Assembly: GCA_963755025.1 (NCBI GenBank)
Contig: CAVWIH010000014.1
Coordinates: 1 to 64,000, forward strand
Source: an uncultured Actinomycetes bacterium
GTDB taxonomy: Bacteria > Actinomycetota > Thermoleophilia > UBA2241
Length of the DNA stretch: 64,000 nt
Direction of reading: 5' to 3'
Part shown: one piece after another, positions 1 to 11,700 of the stretch
Numbering within the stretch: the stretch's first letter is position 1
How the letters are laid out: each line of letters begins with the position of its first letter
The notes under the pieces: model-generated
Database searches by the model: none
What the model was told of the DNA's origin: nothing
The model's input: only the letters and a program-made list of their open reading frames with translations
Position numbers and translations under genes: made by a program

Positions 1-615
1 CTGCGCAGTAGGTCAGCTGTCGGACTCGTGTCCATCCAACGAGCAGCCCAACGACTGAGGACAGACTACCCGAAGACACTTCTCCGTACCCGTCGGCTTC
101 GACCGTCGCGACCAGCGCGGCCAGGTCGGCCGAGGGCGACTGCGGCTCGTAGAGGTGCCACTTGAGGTCCTGGCGCATCCAATAGAGCGTCCACAGGCTC
201 GCTTGTGCGCGTGGGAAGCGAAAGCGGGCCACACCATGGCTGGTCCATGGTCGCGTGCCACGCCAGGGCGGGCGCTCCTCGCGCAGATGCTCTACGGCGT
301 GGCCGTCGATGCGATAGACGAAGCGCTTTCGAGGGCGTGCTCCTGCAGGAGAGCAGCGCCGGCAGAGGCCGCCCTACGGCGCTGATTGATGGCGTCGAGC
401 TCGAGCTGAGTTGAAGGCCATGGCCGGGTCCAGCCTACGCTCGGGTAGGGGGGCCGGCGCCAGCAGCCCAGTGGTGATCAAATGTGCTGCGCCGTGTCGA
501 GCGGCGTTATCTCCTATGATTATTCGGTCGCGTCGGCAAAATGTCGGCATTTCTGCCGATTCGGAAGTTTCGTGCGCGAACCGCACAATAGGAAACCGCC
601 CTGAGCAGGGACTTC

Positions 616-691
616 TGGCGCCCCCGGCTGGAATCGAACCAGCGACACCAGGTTTAGGAAACCTGTGCTCTATCCACTGAGCTACGAGGGC
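616..691 (-). tRNA. tRNA-Arg (anticodon CCT) with encoded CCA
   Basis: Reverse complement reads GCCCTCGTAGCTCAGTGGATAGAGCACAGGTTTCCTAAACCTGGTGTCGCTGGTTCGATTCCAGCCGGGGGCGCCA: acceptor stem, D arm, anticodon loop TTCCTAA, T-loop GTTCGA, 3' CCA. Confidence 0.97.
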
Positions 692-856
692 ACGGCAGCC
701 ATGCTACCACGGCCTCCCGGCGGCGGCCGACGTGCTTGCGACGCCCCACGCACGGCGACCGCAAAGTGCGCGATCAGGGCGACCGCCCGGGCGCGTCGGA
801 GCCGATGCGTGCGGCCGCGGGCGCCCTGCGATCCGTCGGCCCCCCGAAACGCAAAC

Positions 857-888
857 CGGGGCGGGCGGCCCTTGGGCCGCCCGCCCCG
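857..888 (-). terminator. Intrinsic terminator of the DUF5679 gene
   Basis: Perfect 14-bp GC stem CGGGGCGGGCGGCC / GGCCGCCCGCCCCG with a 4-nt loop, followed on the minus strand by GTTTGCGTTT, 28 nt after the stop. Confidence 0.75.
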
Positions 889-916
889 TCAAACCTTCAG
901 GTGCTGCGGCGAGCTG

Positions 917-1066
917 TTACTTGCCGGCGCCGATCTTGAACATCTTGGTGCCGCACGTCGGGCACACGCCCTGCGTAGCGGGCTTGCCGTTCTTCATCGT
1001 GACTTTCTTCTCGTCCTTCATCTCACGCTTGGTCCGGCATTTCACGCAGTAAGCCTCGGTTGCCAT
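917..1066 (-). CDS. Small basic Zn-ribbon protein, DUF5679-like (49 aa)
   Basis: MATEAYCVKCRTKREMKD...QGVCPTCGTKMFKIG with two CxxC pairs; AAAGGAGG RBS before the ATG at 1066. Confidence 0.85.
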   Translation of the reverse strand: MATEAYCVKCRTKREMKDEKKVTMKNGKPATQGVCPTCGTKMFKIGAGK

Positions 1067-1126
1067 GCAGACCCTCCTTTCCGGCCGGGGAGGATCCCCC
1101 GCCGTTTGTCCCCCACTCTTGGGCGC

Positions 1127-1155
1127 ATTATAGGCACGTGAGCCTGAGCGCGCAA
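1127..1155 (-). promoter_or_regulatory. Sigma70-type promoter of the DUF5679 gene
   Basis: TTGCGC-17 nt-TATAAT on the minus strand. Confidence 0.7.
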
Positions 1156-1408
1156 TGAGGCTGGCCGTCTCTTCGCTACGCACGGCCGCAAGCCTGCAGA
1201 GCACCGCGGCCGGCCGCCGGCCCCGAGCCTGCGCCGCCGACCGCCCCGCTGTCCCCGCGAGCCTGCGCAGCCGGCCGCCGCGGCGCCCCCGCGGGCGCCC
1301 GCCCCGCCCGCTCGCAGCGTCGCGCGCCCGCGTGGCGAGCCATGTTGCCCGAGGGCGCGCGGTCTGTTAAAAGAAAGGCTTCTAGTGTCGACGGCCTGAA
1401 AGGACGAC

Positions 1409-2741
1409 ATGGACAATATGCGCCAGGCCAGTATCCGCAAGCTCGTAGCCGACGAGCAGATCAAGCACATCCAGTTGTGGTTCACCGACATCTTAGGCAA
1501 CTTGAAGATGGTCGAGGTACCCGACCGGCAGCTCGACAACATCATGGAGTCGGGCGCGGCGTTCGACGGCTCGTCGATCACCGGCTACGCCGAGATCGAA
1601 GAGTCCGACATCGTGGCCATGCCCGACTGGGACACCATGAAGGTGCTGCCGTGGTCGGCCAACCACGAAAAGACGGCCTTCGTGTTCTGCGACGTGCTCG
1701 GACGCGACTACAAGCCCTACGAGGGCGACCCGCGCTGGGTGCTGCGCCGCCAGATCGAGCGAGCCCGCAAGCTGGGCCTCAACTTCTACGTGGGCCCCGA
1801 GCTCGAGTACTTCTACTTCAAGGGCGACAGCCCCAACCCCGAGCTCACCGACGAAGGCGGCTACTTCGACGTCCTGCCCGCCGACCTCGGCAACGACCTG
1901 CGCAAGCAGACCATGCGCACCCTCGAGAGACTCGACATTCCCATGGAGGCCTCGCACCACGAGGTCGCCCCCTCGCAGCACGAGATCGACCCCCACTACG
2001 ACGAAGCCCTGGTCATGGCCGACCGCGTCATGATCTGCCGCCTCATCGTCAAAGAGGTCGCCGCCCATAACAACGTGCACGCCACCTTCATGCCCAAGCC
2101 GCTCCACGGCGTGAACGGCAGCGGCATGCACGTGCATCAGTCGCTCTTCAAGGGCTCGAGCAACGCCTTCTTCTCGGCCGACGACCCCAACCACCTCTCC
2201 GACATCGCCAAGGGCTACATCGCCGGCCAGCTCAAGCACATGGGCGGCATCTGCTCGCTGCTCAACCAGTACGTCAACAGCTTCAAGCGCCTGGTGCCGG
2301 GCTACGAGGCGCCCGTCTACATCTCGTGGGCGCACCGCAACCGCACCGCGCTCATCCGCGTGCCGCTCTACGTGGCCGGCAAAGAGAGCACCGTGCGCGC
2401 CGAGCTGCGCAACCCCGACCCGGCCGCCAACCCCTACCTGGCTTTCGCCGTCATGCTCGCCGCCGGCCTCGACGGCATCGAGAACCACCTCGAGCTGCCG
2501 CCATCGGTCGAGCCCAACATCTACAAGATGACCCCCGACGAGCGCGAAGACGCCGGCCTCGACTCGCTGCCCAACAACCTCTACGAGGCGATCCAGCTCA
2601 CGCAGCAGAGCGAGCTCGTGCGCAACACGCTGGGCGACCACGTCTTCGAGCGCTTCGTCAACAACAAGCTGCACGAGTGGTACGAGTACCGCGAGCAGGT
2701 CACGCAGTGGGAAGTCGATAAGTACTTCTCGGTCGATCTGA
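1409..2741 (+). CDS. glnA: Glutamine synthetase type I (GSI-alpha-like); probable 1-nt indel at the C-terminus makes the ORF run to 3034
   Basis: FDGSSI, GPELEYF, HHEVAPSQHEI, ATFMPKP, NGSGMHVHQS, KRLVPGYEAP, NRTALIRVP, ELRNPDPAANPYL. Homology ends at WEVDKYFS and an out-of-frame TGA lies at 2739-2741. Confidence 0.93.
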
Positions 2742-2841
2742 CCGACGCGGTGCACCGGCCGGCCCACAGGGCCGCGCCCCTGCACCGCGCTCGCGCCCAC
2801 CATCGTCGCCGCACTCCCGGAGGCGGCCGTCGCGATCCTCG

Positions 2842-2916
2842 CGACGGCCGCCTCCGCGCTTTGGCCTACGCAAGTGTCCCGACGGCCGCCTCCGCGCTTG
2901 GCCTACGCAGCGTCCC
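2842..2916. repeat. Two tandem ~38-bp direct repeats
   Basis: CGACGGCCGCCTCCGCGCTT(T)GGCCTACGCA..GTCCC twice; CGCCACCGCATCCCG also recurs near 2956 and 2995. Confidence 0.8.
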
Positions 2917-3092
2917 ACGCCCCCCGCGCGCTCGATGCGCTCACAACGCCCCGGCGCCACCGCATCCCGGGGGCTACCGTCTCGGCGCCCTGAACGCCAC
3001 CGCATCCCGACGGCCCACCGTCTCGGCGTCGTGAACGCGGCCGCCGCGGTGCGGTATGCTGGCGTTCGTTCACGCACGGCGAGGAGGACGAC

Positions 3093-3894
3093 ATGGAGCG
3101 GCTGACGGCACATCTGGTCGAGTGGCTCGAGGCGCAGGTCTCGGCGAGCGGCGGGCGGCGCGGTGCTCGGCCTGTCGGGCGGCATCGACTCGGCGGTCGT
3201 CGCGGCCCTGTGCGTGCGCGCCTTCGCCGACCACACCCTGGGCGTGATCATGCCCTGCGAGAGCGACCCCGCCGACTCAGCCGACGCGCGCCTGGTCGCC
3301 GAGCGCTTCGCCCTGCCGTCGTGCACCGTCGACCTCACGACCACGCTGCACACGTTCAGCGCCAGCCTCGCCGCGAGCTGCGAACAGGCGCCCGGCGACG
3401 AGCGCGCCACCGTGGCCAACGTCAAGGCGCGGCTGCGCATGACCACCCTCTACGCCTTCGCCAACCACCTGGGCTACCGCGTGATCGGCACCGGCAATGC
3501 CAGCGAGCTGGCCATCGGCTACTTCACCAAGTACGGCGACGGCGGCGTCGATCTGCTGCCGCTGGGCAACCTCACCAAGACGACCGTGCGCGAGCTGGCG
3601 CGCCACCTCGGCGTACCGCAGCCGGTGATCGACAAGCCGCCGTCGGCCGGCCTGTGGAGCGGCCAGACCGACGAAGGCGAGATGGGTTTCAGCTACGAGG
3701 AGCTCGACGCCTACCTGGGCGGCGCGCGCGGCCCGCACGCCGCCGACATCGCGCGCCTGGTCGCCGGCAGCGCCCACAAGCGCGCCACGGCGGCGCTGGC
3801 GCCGGCGTTCCCGGCGGGGCAGGCGGCCTCGTCGGCCCCGTCCGCCGCGTCGCCGCCCGCATCGCCTTCCGCGCCGCCGCCGCCCGTCCGATAG
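3093..3894 (+). CDS. nadE: NH3-dependent NAD+ synthetase (frameshift near 3155)
   Basis: ATG 3093 with GGAGG RBS; continues in a shifted frame as [43 protein letters not shown]. Confidence 0.9.
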
Positions 3895-3953
3895 CGCCAC
3901 CCGCCGACATTCCGGTACACTCACAGGCTCCGGACCCTGGGAGGTCGTTGCCC

Positions 3954-5225
3954 ATGCCGATCGTCGTGCAGAAGTACGGCGGCAGCTCGGTGGCAAACAC
4001 CGAGCGCATCATGATCGTCGCCCGGCGCATCGTCGCCACCTACGACGCCGGCAACAGCGTCTGCGCGGTCATCTCGGCGCGCGGCGACACCACCGACGAC
4101 CTGCTCGCCATGGCCCACGAGATCACGCCCCGCCCGCCCGAGCGCGAGCTCGACATGCTGCTCTCGGCGGGCGAGCGCATCAGCTGCGCCCTGCTGGCCA
4201 TGGCCATCCACACGTTGGGCCGCGAGGCGGTCAGCTACACCGGCTCTCAGGCCGGCATCGTCACCGACACGACCCACACAAAGGCCAAGATCGTGGGCAT
4301 CTCGCCGCTGCGCGTCGAGCAGGCCCTGGCCGACGGCAAGATCACGCTGGTGGCGGGCTTTCAGGGCGTCTCGACCAACAAGGACGTGACCACGTTGGGG
4401 CGCGGCGGCTCCGACACCACCGCCGTGGCGCTGGCCCACGCCCTGGGCGCCGGCGTCTGCGAGATCTACTCCGACGTCGACGGCGTCTACACCGCCAACC
4501 CGGCGGTCGTCGCCAAGGCCCGCAAGCTGCAGGCGGTCTCCTACGAGGAGATGCTCGAGATGGCGGCCTCGGGCGCGCAGGTCCTGGCGTTGCGCTCGGT
4601 CGAGTACGCGCGCCGCTACAAAGTCGTGATCCACAGTCGCTCGAGCTTCTCAGACGCGGAGGGCACCTGGGTGAAAGAGGAAGATGCTTCCATGGAACAA
4701 GCCATCGTCAGCGGCGTCACGTACACCACCGACGAAGCCAAGGTCACGGTGCGCGGCGTGCCCGACCGGCCCGGCGTGGCCGCCGACGTGTTCTCGGCCC
4801 TGGCCGACGCCCACGTGAACGTCGACATGATCATTCAGAACGTCGGCGAGCAGGGTCATTCCGACATCTCCTGCACCGTGCCGATCGACGACCTGCCGGC
4901 CGCCCGCGAGGCGCTCGACGCCGTCGTGGCCAAGCTGCACGCCAAGAGCTACACGACCGACGACACCATGGCCAAGCTCAGCCTGATCGGCGCCGGCATG
5001 CGCTCGCACCCCGGGGTCGCGGCGCTCATGTTCCGCACGCTCGCCGACAAGGGCATAAACCTCGAGATGATCTCGACCTCGCCGATCAAGGTCTCCTGCG
5101 TCATCGCCAAGGAGCGCGTCGAAGACGCGGTCATCGCCCTGCACGACGCCTTCGGCCTCGACAGCGCCGCCGTGAGCCACGAGCACAGCGACCGCGGGCT
5201 CAGCCACGACCCGGGCGCGGCATGA
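3954..5225 (+). CDS. ask: Aspartate kinase with two ACT domains
   Basis: [36 protein letters not shown]; internal MEQAIVSG resembles the actinobacterial beta-subunit start. Confidence 0.95.
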   Translation: MPIVVQKYGGSSVANTERIMIVARRIVATYDAGNSVCAVISARGDTTDDLLAMAHEITPRPPERELDMLLSAGERISCALLAMAIHTLGREAVSYTGSQAGIVTDTTHTKAKIVGISPLRVEQALADGKITLVAGFQGVSTNKDVTTLGRGGSDTTAVALAHALGAGVCEIYSDVDGVYTANPAVVAKARKLQAVSYEEMLEMAASGAQVLALRSVEYARRYKVVIHSRSSFSDAEGTWVKEEDASMEQAIVSGVTYTTDEAKVTVRGVPDRPGVAADVFSALADAHVNVDMIIQNVGEQGHSDISCTVPIDDLPAAREALDAVVAKLHAKSYTTDDTMAKLSLIGAGMRSHPGVAALMFRTLADKGINLEMISTSPIKVSCVIAKERVEDAVIALHDAFGLDSAAVSHEHSDRGLSHDPGAA

Positions 5226-6241
5226 CGGGGCGTACCTACACGGTCGCCATCGTGGGGGCGACCGGCGTGGTGGGCGGCACCGTGCGCACCATCCTCGAGC
5301 AGCGCGGCTTTCCGGTCGGCGAGCTGCGCCTGCTGGCGAGCGCCCGATCGCGTGGCGCCCAGCTCGACTTCGGGGGCGCGCCGCACACCGTGGCCGAGCT
5401 CTCGCCCGACGCCTTCGCCGGCGTCGACGTGGCCTTCTTTGCCGCCGGCGGCGCCGTGAGCCAGACGTACGCGCCGCTCGCCGTGGCGGCGGGCGCCGTG
5501 GCCATCGACAAGTCGAGCGCCTTTCGCGGCGATCCCGCCGTGCCGCTGGTCGTGCCCGAGGTCAACGCCGCCGACCTCGCCTGGCACGAAGGCATCATCG
5601 CCACGCCCAACTGCTCGACCATCCAGCTGGTGGTCGCCCTCAAGCCGCTCCACGACGCCGCCGGCGTCGAGCGTGTCGTGGTCTCCACCTACCAGTCGGT
5701 CTCGGGCAGCGGCAAGCGCGGCGTCGACGACCTGGACGCCCAGGCGCGCGCCTGGGCGGCGGGCGACGTAGCCGAGCTCGGCTTCTATCCACGCCCCATC
5801 GCCTTCAACCTGCTGCCCCACATCGACGCCTTCCTGCCCGACGGTTCCACGAAGGAAGAGCAGAAGATGGTCGACGAGACGGTCAAGATCTTCGGCGACC
5901 CGGGCATCAGGGTCACCGCCACCTGCGTGCGCGTGCCGGTCTTCGGGGCGCACTCCGAAGCGGTCAACCTGCAGACCCGCAAGCCGCTCGGCGCGGCCGC
6001 CGCGCGCGCCCTGCTCGCCGCCGCGCCCGGCATCGAGGTGATCGACGACCCCGGCCGGGGCCTCTACCCCACGCCGCTCGACGCCGAGGGCGACGACCCG
6101 GTCTACGTGGGCCGCATCCGCGACGACGACACGGCGCCCAACTGTGTGAACTTCTGGGTCGTGGCCGACAATCTGCGCAAGGGAGCCGCCTTGAACGCCG
6201 TACAGATCGCCGAAGCCTTGATCGAGCGGGGCCAGCTGTGA
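5222..6241 (+). CDS. asd: Aspartate-semialdehyde dehydrogenase
   Basis: [13 protein letters not shown] catalytic Cys, [23 protein letters not shown]; ATGA overlap with ask. Confidence 0.96.
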   Translation: MTGRTYTVAIVGATGVVGGTVRTILEQRGFPVGELRLLASARSRGAQLDFGGAPHTVAELSPDAFAGVDVAFFAAGGAVSQTYAPLAVAAGAVAIDKSSAFRGDPAVPLVVPEVNAADLAWHEGIIATPNCSTIQLVVALKPLHDAAGVERVVVSTYQSVSGSGKRGVDDLDAQARAWAAGDVAELGFYPRPIAFNLLPHIDAFLPDGSTKEEQKMVDETVKIFGDPGIRVTATCVRVPVFGAHSEAVNLQTRKPLGAAAARALLAAAPGIEVIDDPGRGLYPTPLDAEGDDPVYVGRIRDDDTAPNCVNFWVVADNLRKGAALNAVQIAEALIERGQL

Positions 6242-7264
6242 GCGCCTTCGCCGCGGGCGGCGACGCCGCCGAGCCGCGCGACAGCTTCGACGTCGCCATC
6301 GTGGGCGCCGGGCCGGGCGGTATGACGGCCGCCATCTACGCCTCGCGCGCCCGCCTCTCCACCGTCGTTCTCGAGCGCAACACCGCCGGCGGCATCATGT
6401 CGGTCACCGAGCGCGTCGAGAACTACCCGGGATTCCCCGAGGGCATCACCGGCTTCGAGCTCGCCGAGAAGATGAAGCAGCAGGCCTGCCAGTTCGGCGC
6501 CGACCTGCGCGAGATCGACGGCGTCGTCTCGCTCGAGCAGCGCGCGGACGGCGCCTGGACGGTCGTCACCGACGAAGCGAGCGTCACCGCCCGGGCGGTC
6601 ATCCTGTCGCCCGGCGTCGAGGCCCGCAAGCTGGGCGTGCCCGGCGAGGCCGAGTTCATGGGGCGCGGCGTGTCGTACTGCGCCACCTGCGACGGTCCGC
6701 TCTACCGCGGCAAAGAGGTGGTCGTGATCGGCGGCGGCAACGCGGCCGTCGAAGAGGGCATGTTCCTGGCGCGCTTCGCCTCGGCGGTGCACGTGGTGCA
6801 TCGCCGCGACGCCCTGCGCGCCACCGCCATCGCCCAGGAGCGCGCCTTCGCCCAGCCCAACATGCACTTCATCTGGAACGGTCAGGTGCGGCGCATCGCC
6901 GGCGAGACCAAGGTCGAGGGCATCGAGTACGAGCACGTGCTCGACCACACGACGCACACGCTGCCCGTGTCGGGCGTGTTCTTCTACGTCGGCCAGCTCC
7001 CCCAGACCGACTTTCTGCGCGGCACGGTCGGCTCTGAACGACGACGGCTTCATCGTCACCGACGACCACCTGCGCACCAGCCGCCCCGGCGTCTTTGCCT
7101 GCGGCGACGCACGCGCCGGCATCATCAAGCAGATCGCCAACGCCGTGGGCGAAGGCGCCCTGGCGGCCATCGGCGTCGAGAAGTACCTGGACGATCTCGA
7201 CTTCGCCGCCCGCCAGGCGGCCAGCGGCGCGCCGGCGCAGCCGGCGGCGGAGCCGGCCACCTGA
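6238..7264 (+). CDS. trxB: Thioredoxin reductase (frameshift near 7030)
   Basis: GAGPGG, GVSYCATCDG, GGGNAAVEE; C-terminus GFIVTDDHLRTSRPGVFACGD...AVGEGA lies in another frame and ends at TGA 7262-7264. Confidence 0.9.
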
Positions 7265-7341
7265 CGGCCGCTTCGCTCAAACGGCGCCGCTCAAGCGGCG
7301 GGCGCCGACCAAGCCCCCGAACGAGTCTCTAGGAGGGACAC

Positions 7342-7656
7342 GTGGACGCAGTGACGCAGGACACCTTCAAGACGGAGGTTCTCGACGCTCCCGGCAAGGT
7401 GCTGGTCGACTTCTGGGCCGAGTGGTGCGGACCGTGCCGCGTGGTCGAGCCGGTGCTGAACGACATCGCCGAGCGCAATCCCGGCGTGCGGTTCGTCAAG
7501 CTCAACGTCGACGAGAACCCGCAGGTGGCGCAGAGCCTCGAGGTGCTGAACATCCCGACGCTGCTGGCTTTCGAGGGCGGCCAGCTGAAGAAGCGCATCG
7601 TCGGCGCGCTGAGCAAGCCGAAGCTGGTCGAAGAGCTCGCCGACTGGCTCGCGTAG
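7342..7656 (+). CDS. trxA: Thioredoxin
   Basis: DFWAEWCGPC, IPTL; AGGAGG RBS. Confidence 0.96.
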   Translation: MDAVTQDTFKTEVLDAPGKVLVDFWAEWCGPCRVVEPVLNDIAERNPGVRFVKLNVDENPQVAQSLEVLNIPTLLAFEGGQLKKRIVGALSKPKLVEELADWLA

Positions 7657-7680
7657 CGCATCCGCGCTCGCGCTTTTCAG

Positions 7681-7881
7681 ATGCCGGTGATCACGGTGCG
7701 GCTCTGGGCCGGCCGCACGCGCGCCCAGAAGGCCGAGCTCGCGCGGCGCATCACCGACGCCATGGTCGAGGTCGCCGGCTGCGAGCGCGACACGGTGCGC
7801 GTCATCTTCGACGACTACGCAAAGAGCGACTGGGCCGTCGGCGGACGGCTGGCCGACGAGGCGGAGCAGCCTTCGAGCTAG
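7681..7881 (+). CDS. 4-oxalocrotonate tautomerase family protein
   Basis: Pro-1 start MPVITV, GRTRAQKAEL, WAVGG; 66 aa. Confidence 0.85.
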   Translation: MPVITVRLWAGRTRAQKAELARRITDAMVEVAGCERDTVRVIFDDYAKSDWAVGGRLADEAEQPSS

Positions 7882-7960
7882 GCGGGGCGCCGACGAGGAA
7901 GGGCACGTTCGACCTGGGCGGGGCGCCGGCGAGGCGGAGCAACCCTCGAGCCGGGCGGCC
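7852..7960. repeat. Three degenerate ~37-bp tandem repeats starting in the tautomerase 3' end
   Basis: GCCGACGAGGCGGAGCAGCCTTCGAGCTAGGCGG / GCCGACGAGGAAGGGCACGTTCGACCTGGGCGG / GCCGGCGAGGCGGAGCAACCCTCGAGCCGGGCGG. Confidence 0.65.
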
Positions 7961-7994
7961 GACCAGCGCGGCGGAGTGACGCTCGCGCTAAAGG

Positions 7995-8717
7995 CTAGAT
8001 GCGCTCGAGCCGGAACCCGATGTCGTCGTATGAGAACGACACGAGGTCGTCGGAGACGGCCAGGTCGAGCGCCGTCTGGGTCTTGACCGGCAGCTCCTGC
8101 AGGCGCGTGCGAATGAGGTCGGCGCGGCTCGTGTCGACCGCCGCCGCTTCGAGCCAGTACTGCAGGTCGACGGTGCGGTGCAGGCGGCGCTCTTCGACGA
8201 CCTTCAGGCCGGCCTTGGCGAACTGCTTGAGGAACTCGCCGTGGGTCTCGTAGCGGCGGTGCGAGGCGTCGCTCAGGCGCGCCAGCTCGTTGAGCGTCCG
8301 GTCGAGCTCGCCGCTCACCAGCAGGTCGTACACCACGAGGCGTCCACCGGGCGCCACCACGCGCGCCATCTCCTTGAGCGCCGCGACCGGTTCGGGAAAG
8401 CGATGCAGGGCGTTGCGGCAGGTGGCCAGCGTGAAGGCGCCGTCGGCGAAGGGCAGCGCGTAGAGGTTGGCCAAGGCAAAGCCGACGTTCTCGACGCCGA
8501 CCTCGCGGCTCAGGCGCAGCGCTTCGTCGATCGTGTCTTTGCGGTTGTCGACGGCGAGCACGCTGGCGACCGCGCCGGCCAGCGCGAAGGCCATGGTGCC
8601 GACCGTGGTGCCGACGTCGACGACACGGTCGCCGACGGTCGGGGCCGCCAGCTCGACGGCCAGCTCGATCGAGGGATCGCCCTGGATGCGTGGTTCGCCT
8701 TGGATGCGTTCGCTCAC
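7995..8717 (-). CDS. Class I SAM-dependent methyltransferase (UbiE/Methyltransf_11-like)
   Basis: VVDVGTTVG motif I variant, LPFADGAF, ALHRFPEP, EMARVVAPGGRL. Confidence 0.8.
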   Translation of the reverse strand: MSERIQGEPRIQGDPSIELAVELAAPTVGDRVVDVGTTVGTMAFALAGAVASVLAVDNRKDTIDEALRLSREVGVENVGFALANLYALPFADGAFTLATCRNALHRFPEPVAALKEMARVVAPGGRLVVYDLLVSGELDRTLNELARLSDASHRRYETHGEFLKQFAKAGLKVVEERRLHRTVDLQYWLEAAAVDTSRADLIRTRLQELPVKTQTALDLAVSDDLVSFSYDDIGFRLERI

Positions 8718-8732
8718 GTCGCGGTCCGCCTC

Positions 8733-11700
8733 TCAGCCGTAGTTGACCGTGAAGATCGTGCCCGTGGACGAAAGGCCCACGATGACATCGTGCCCCTCGA
8801 CCCGCACGGTCTCACGATACGATCGGGGCGCGTCGCCGAGCTCGAGCTCGCTGGCCAGGGTCTCGGTCTTGATGTACGCCGCGTTGCGCTCGACGAGCCC
8901 GGTCAGCTCGGCCGGCACCGCCAGCGCCAGGCTGATCGTATCTTCTATTCGTAAATCGGCGTTTTTGCGCGAGAGTTGAACGGCGTGGACGAGCTCGCGC
9001 ACGATGCCTTCGTCGCGCAGCGCCTGGTCGATCGTGGTCACCAGGGCCACGGTGAGCGTGCCGTCGGTCTCGACCCGGCTGCCTTCGGGGGCGACCGTCT
9101 CCACCAGCACGTCGCCGTCGGCAAGGAGCAGCTCGTGGCCGTCGGCGAGCACCAGCGGCGCCGCGCCGGCGTCGCGCAGGGCGGCCACGAAGGCGGCCGT
9201 GTCGGCCGCCTTGAGGGCCGCCCCGACGGCGCCGACCTGCTTGCCAAGGCGCGGTCCGAGCACCTTGAGGTTGGGCTTGAGCGCGTAGGCGAGCAGCTCC
9301 TCGGTGTCGGTCACCAGGCGCAGCCGCTTGACGTTCAGCTCGTCGGTCACGATGTCGGCCAGGCGCTCGAGGGCGGCGCACTCGGCCGCCGGCGCCGCCA
9401 CCGCCACCTCGGCCAAGGGCTGGCGGTTCTTGACGGCGGCCCCGTTGCGCGCCGCCCGGCCCAGCTCGACCGCGCGGCGGGCGACGTCCATGTCGAAGGT
9501 GACGGTCTCGTCGAGGGCGGCGGCGTCGGCCACCGGCCAGTCGCACAGGTGCACGCTCTCGGGAGCGTCCGCGTCGACCGAGCGCACGAGGTTCTGGTAG
9601 ATCTCCTCGGCCACGAACGGGGTGTAGGGCGCGAGCAGCTTGGCGAGCGTGACCAGGCAGTCGTACAGGGTGTGGTAGGCGGCCAGCTTGTCGCGGTCGC
9701 TGCCGCTCTTCCAGAAGCGCCGCCGGCTGCGCCGCACGTACCAGTTGGAGAGCTCGTCGACAAAGTCCTGGATGGCGCGGCCCGAGGTGGTGGCGTCGTA
9801 GCCTTCGAGCCCCTCGCTCACGCGCGTGACGAGCTGCGCCAGGCGACCGGTGAGCCAGCGGTCGAGCAGCGGACGCTCGGCCAGCGGCACCGGCGCGACG
9901 CTCGGGTCGAAGCGGTCGATGTTGGCGTAGACCGTGAAGAAGCTGTAGGTGTTCCACAGGGTGAGCAGGAACTTGCGCACGACCTCGTCGACCAGCTCGA
10001 GCGAGAACCGCCGCGGGTACCAGGGGCTCGAGCTCGTGAACATGTACCAGCGCAGGGCGTCGGCGCCCTGGCGGTCGAGCACGTCGTCGGGCTGCACCAC
10101 GTTGCCGCGGCTCTTGCTCATCTTCTGGCCTTCGGCGTCGAGCACGTGGCCCAGGCAGAGCACCGTCTCGTACGAGCTGCGGCCCTCGATCAGCGTAGCC
10201 ACGGCCAGCAGGCTGTAGAACCAGCCGCGGGTCTGGTCGATGGCCTCGGCGATGAAGTCGGCCGGGAACCGCTCGTGGAACTTCTCGTCGTTCTCGAACG
10301 GATAGTGCCACTGCGCGAAGGGCATGGAGCCCGAGTCGAACCAGGCGTCGATCACCTCGGGCACGCGGTGCATGTCGCCGCCGCAGGTCGGGCAGCGCAG
10401 CACGACATCGTCGACGAAGGGGCGGTGCAGCTCGAGGTCGGCGGGCGGCGGCGTGACGGCGAGCTCGCGCAGCTCGGCGACGCTGCCCACGCAGTGCGTG
10501 TGACGCTGCTCGCAGCGCCACACCGGCAGCGGCGTGCCCCAGTAGCGGTCGCGCGACAGCGCCCAGTCGACGTTGTTCTCGAGCCACTCGCCGAAGCGGC
10601 CGTGTTTGATGTGCTCGGGGTACCAGGTGACGGCCTCGTTGGCGGCCAGCAGGTCGTCTTTGACGGCCGTGGTCTTCACGTACCAGGTCTTCTTGGAGTA
10701 GTAGAGCAGCGGCGTGTCGCAGCGCCAGCAGAACGGATAGCTGTGCTCGTAGGGCACCTCGGCGAGCAGCAGGTCGCGCTGCGTCAAGTCGGCGATGATG
10801 CCGCGGTCGGCGTCTTTGACGAACACGTGGGCCCACGGCGCGACGTCGGCGACGAAGCGCCCGGCGGCGTCGACCGGGTTGACCACCGGCAGGTCGTTGT
10901 CGCGCCCTATACGCATGTCGTCTTCGCCGAAGGCCGGCGCGATGTGCACGATGCCGGTGCCGTCGGTGGTGGTGACGTAGCCGTCGCCTACCACGAACCA
11001 GGCGCGCTTGTCGGGCTCGACAAAGTGGAAGGGCGGCTCGTAAGCGAGGCCGAGCAGCGCGGCGCCGGGGATGATGCGCTCGACGACCGCGTGCCCGCCG
11101 AGCACCGACGCGACCAGGTCGCGGGCCAGCACGAAGCGTTCGCCGCGGCTCGCCACCAGGGCGTAGTCGATGTCGGGGTTCACCGCGCAGGCGACGTTCG
11201 AGACGAGCGTCCAGGGCGTGGTCGTCCACACCGCCAGGCTCACGCGCGCGCCGGCGGCGGGCGGCGCGTCGGCGACGACATCGGTGGCGTCGGCGGCGGC
11301 CGCGTTGCTCGCGCCGCCGGCGGCGGCCGTGTCGCTCGCGCCGGCCGGCGCGCCCAGACCGGCGACAGCGGCGGCCGCCTCGGCGGTCAGCGGAAAGCGT
11401 ACGTAGACCGAGGGGTCGGTGACGTCGTGGTAGCCCTGCGCCATCTCGTGGCTCGAGATGGCGGTGCCGCAGCGCGGGCAGTAGGGCACGACCTTGAAGC
11501 CCTCGTAGAGCAGCTCCTTGTCCCAGATCTGGCGCAGCAGCCACCACACCGACTCGATGTAGTCGTTGGTGAGGGTGTAGTAGGCGTCGTCTAAGTCGAT
11601 CCAGAAGCCGATGCGTTCGGTCAGCCTGTCCCAGTCCTTGAGGTACGTCAGCACGCTCTCGCGGCACAGCGCGTTGAACCTGGCGACGCCGTACTCCTCG

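Noticed and set aside
2742-3034. 100-aa C-terminal extension of GlnA
   Set aside because: Low-complexity read-through across repeats; better explained by one indel just before the TGA at 2739.
3093-5225. 710-aa NadE-aspartokinase fusion
   Set aside because: Artefact of the nadE frameshift; ask has its own RBS and ATG at 3954.
11250-11385. Ala-rich insertion in the IleRS editing domain as intein or extra domain
   Set aside because: About 45 aa of low complexity with no intein motifs; similar Ala/Pro-rich tracts occur in many proteins here.
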